From Vicugna vicugna (lineage: Eukaryota), in the NCBI GenBank assembly GCA_013265495.1, contig MU058213.1, forward strand, positions 6,836,066 through 6,900,065: a stretch of DNA of 64,000 nt, given 5' to 3'. Shown here one piece after another: positions 61,581 to 64,000 of the stretch. A program made the translations under genes and the position numbers. The notes beneath the pieces were generated by a model. That model did no database searches, was not told the origin of the DNA, and was given only the letters and a program-made list of their open reading frames with translations. The first letter of the stretch is position 1. Every line of letters starts with the position of its first letter.

Positions 61581-63157
61581 CCCTGACAAACTGAGAGGAA
61601 GGCTATTATCATTCACATCCCTTAACCAAGTAAGTACTTGAGAAATACTAGCATTTTCTTCTAATCATCCAATTTAGGAGAATGATCACTTTGCAGTCAT
61701 TGGAAAAGATGTTGCCAATGAATTTTCAATGACATGAGCAAATACCTGTGATATCGAGCTGCGTGGAAAAGCAGGTTACGAAGCAATAGGTCCAGTCTAA
61801 GTCCATTTTTAAGCCAAAATATTTATAGAGGCTCTTTCTGCTTGATAAGCTGTAAGGTAGTTTTTCTTTTCCTTTTGTGTATTGTCTGTGTTATCAGAAG
61901 TCCCTACAATGAGTACATATTACTTTCCTAATTACATAAAAAACTATTACTCTAAAAGAAAGACTACAATCCAGATTTTTGACCTGATTTCATTTTCAGT
62001 TTGTAGTTTAAGTCTACTCAAGACCTGCCACCCAGCTAGAAAGGGCAAAAATTTGTTGCAGGAGAGAGGAGAGGAAAAGAAGGTTCCTCACCGAGACTGT
62101 CAAGAGAGGTGACCCTAAGTATCATCAGATAATAACCAATCAGTGGCTAGTGTCAAGGAGGTAATTGTGCCAGCTTTAACCCTGGAAGGTCACCTAGACA
62201 GATAGGAAAGGGGTGAACACAGGAAAGACAATGAACCAACAATGAAAAGGAGTCCTCTTGTAATCTAGGAGAATAATGCCACCAAAGTCCACTGAATGGT
62301 AATTAGCTATAGCTCACTGGGCTGCCAAAACAGACTTCTCCTCGACAAGACCAGGAATGGGAAACCAGCTTTCTTTTAAAAAAAAAATTGTTATTCCTTT
62401 TTCCCTCTCTTTCTCACCTAGGAAAAAAGGTTAACTAGGATTTCAAAGCCTAACCTAGCAGCAGCTTCTCTGGACTTTGGCAGCTGGTGGGTTTTGGTGC
62501 CTGGGTGCCAGTTACTTGCTCTGCCAGCAATGTGTTAGGATAATCACCCACTGAAGGATTTCAATACATTATCTTTCCCCAGAAGCCTTTGTCTAACAAG
62601 GTAATTTATGACCTGTTCAGGAATCTGGTCTTTACAAAACAATAAATTCACACTTGCGCTGGACTTCAAAGCTGCCATTAGGAGGCTCGGTAGCAGAAGG
62701 CGTCCCGCAGCTGAGAGCCACATCAACAGATAAGTGAGTTTTTAATGATCTCTTTCAGGCAGGCTGTGAAGGGGACAAAGCTGACAGTCACTGCAGCAGC
62801 GTTTGGCTATTCTTGCAAAATTTGACCCTAAAATTGGGTCCTCTTGACAATGTTAAAACCATTTCACCCACTGTCTACAGAATGTGGGATCTGTGGGACT
62901 GTGGGGAGGGTGGGGAGGAACTGGCATTCCCCATGTGGATGGCCAGCTGCTCCTGACCCTGGTAAGGATCTTGCTGGAATGCCAACGGAAGCCCAGTCTT
63001 CTAACCTGGCAGTTGGCTTAAGCCCCAGAAGTCTCTGGAAAGCACTGGGGGAGGAGGGAATTGGTGGTGGCAGGCTTTTCACCATCTTCAACTGTTTCAA
63101 CAGGTTCTTGAAGTTGAGGGCATCCTACCCACGCACAAACCCTGCAGAAAACGTAGG

Positions 63158-63343
63158 CCAGGTTTTTCAAAGTGTGGTCTGCGTCTTTCTTGCACAAGGA
63201 TCACTTGGGACGCCTGTTGTGAAAACACAAGCATCTAGGCCCCATTCTGAATCTGCTCTATCAACTGGCAGCAGGTGGGCCTAGGAACTGGAATCTTTAA
63301 CAAACAGCCCAGTGATCCTTACAGCAAATTTTGAGAAACACTG
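63158..63343. mobile_element. MER5B DNA transposon
   Basis: Contains 'ggtttttcaaagtgtggtctg...gggcctaggaactggaatctttaacaaac...tttgagaaacactg'. Confidence 0.8.
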
Positions 63344-63369
63344 GGTAGGATAAGATGAAAAGAGAAAGA

Positions 63370-63530
63370 CCAAACTAGGAGTTTAAGCCTGGGGGCCTTG
63401 GGATGAGCAAGATCTAGATTCAAATCTAGGAGGTACCATTTACTGGCTGTGTGACCTTGGATAAATGTCTTAACCTCTCTGAACTTTGGTTTACTCATAC
63501 ATGAAAAGGAAGGATTATCTCCTAGTTCTG
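63370..63530 (+). mobile_element. MIR fragment
   Basis: Contains 'tttactggctgtgtgaccttggataaatgtcttaacctctctgaactttggtttactcat'. Confidence 0.85.
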
Positions 63531-64000
63531 TAGCGAGGAGTAGCTTCTGGCTTTGAAAAGATGTGGCCTGGTTCCCCTTCAGACTTTGCATAGCTCTCTT
63601 TTGTGTGTCTAGACCTCCACTTACAGCTTCCCTGGAGTCGTCTGGCCAGACACAGTAAGCTGTCAGGTTCATCACTCCAAGCAGCTCCCTGTATTCCAGC
63701 TCCCATGAAAATATATGTCTTCTGTTTGAGACACAGAGTGTGTAATGCAGCTAGCTATATTGCTTTCCTTTCTTTTTCCATTTTTCAAGCAGTAGAACTT
63801 ATTTTTCAAATATCTTTCACAGAACTTTAATTTGTTAATCAGGTATTTTTTAAAAATAGAAGTTATAGTGTTACAGTGGGGAAGGCTTTACTGATTCACC
63901 CCCACCCCCCCCAGGAGCCTCAGATGGGAGGGGTGTCTGTCTGGGGGTGGGGAGCAGGGTGGGAAGTAGAGAGTGAGGAGTCACACTGGGTACACAGGAC

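Noticed and set aside
1..64000. Host-gene strand inferred from repeat orientation; CRISPR or other prokaryotic systems
   Set aside because: L1s and LTRs occur on both strands in similar numbers, so no intronic strand bias can be claimed, which also weakens the splicing hypotheses. The DNA is clearly mammalian and has no repeat-spacer array.

Overview
This is non-coding mammalian genomic DNA, most likely from a camelid. The evidence is five copies of a tRNA-Ala(AGC)-derived SINE of the Vic-1 type plus cetartiodactyl-type L1 3' ends. I found no recognisable protein-coding gene. The only ORFs with real homology are dead, frameshifted L1 ORF2 pieces and a decayed hAT transposase. A large share of the window is interspersed repeat: MIR, L2, old and young L1, MaLR/ERVL/ERV1 solo LTRs, MER5/MER20/MER58 and a near full-length Charlie5. 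Repeat-poor blocks rich in homeodomain motifs lie between them and look like gene-desert or large-intron enhancers. The most unusual feature is a 112-bp, ungapped, 89%-identical inverted repeat with arms about 9.8 kb apart (46481-46592 and 56438-56549). It encloses two in-frame microexon-like signals. Several retrotransposon junctions are also informative: a triple TSD from re-insertion at one site, an L1 lacking its 3' UTR, and a possible 3' transduction. Repeat family names come from recalled consensus sequences rather than a database search, and the boundaries of old repeats are approximate.
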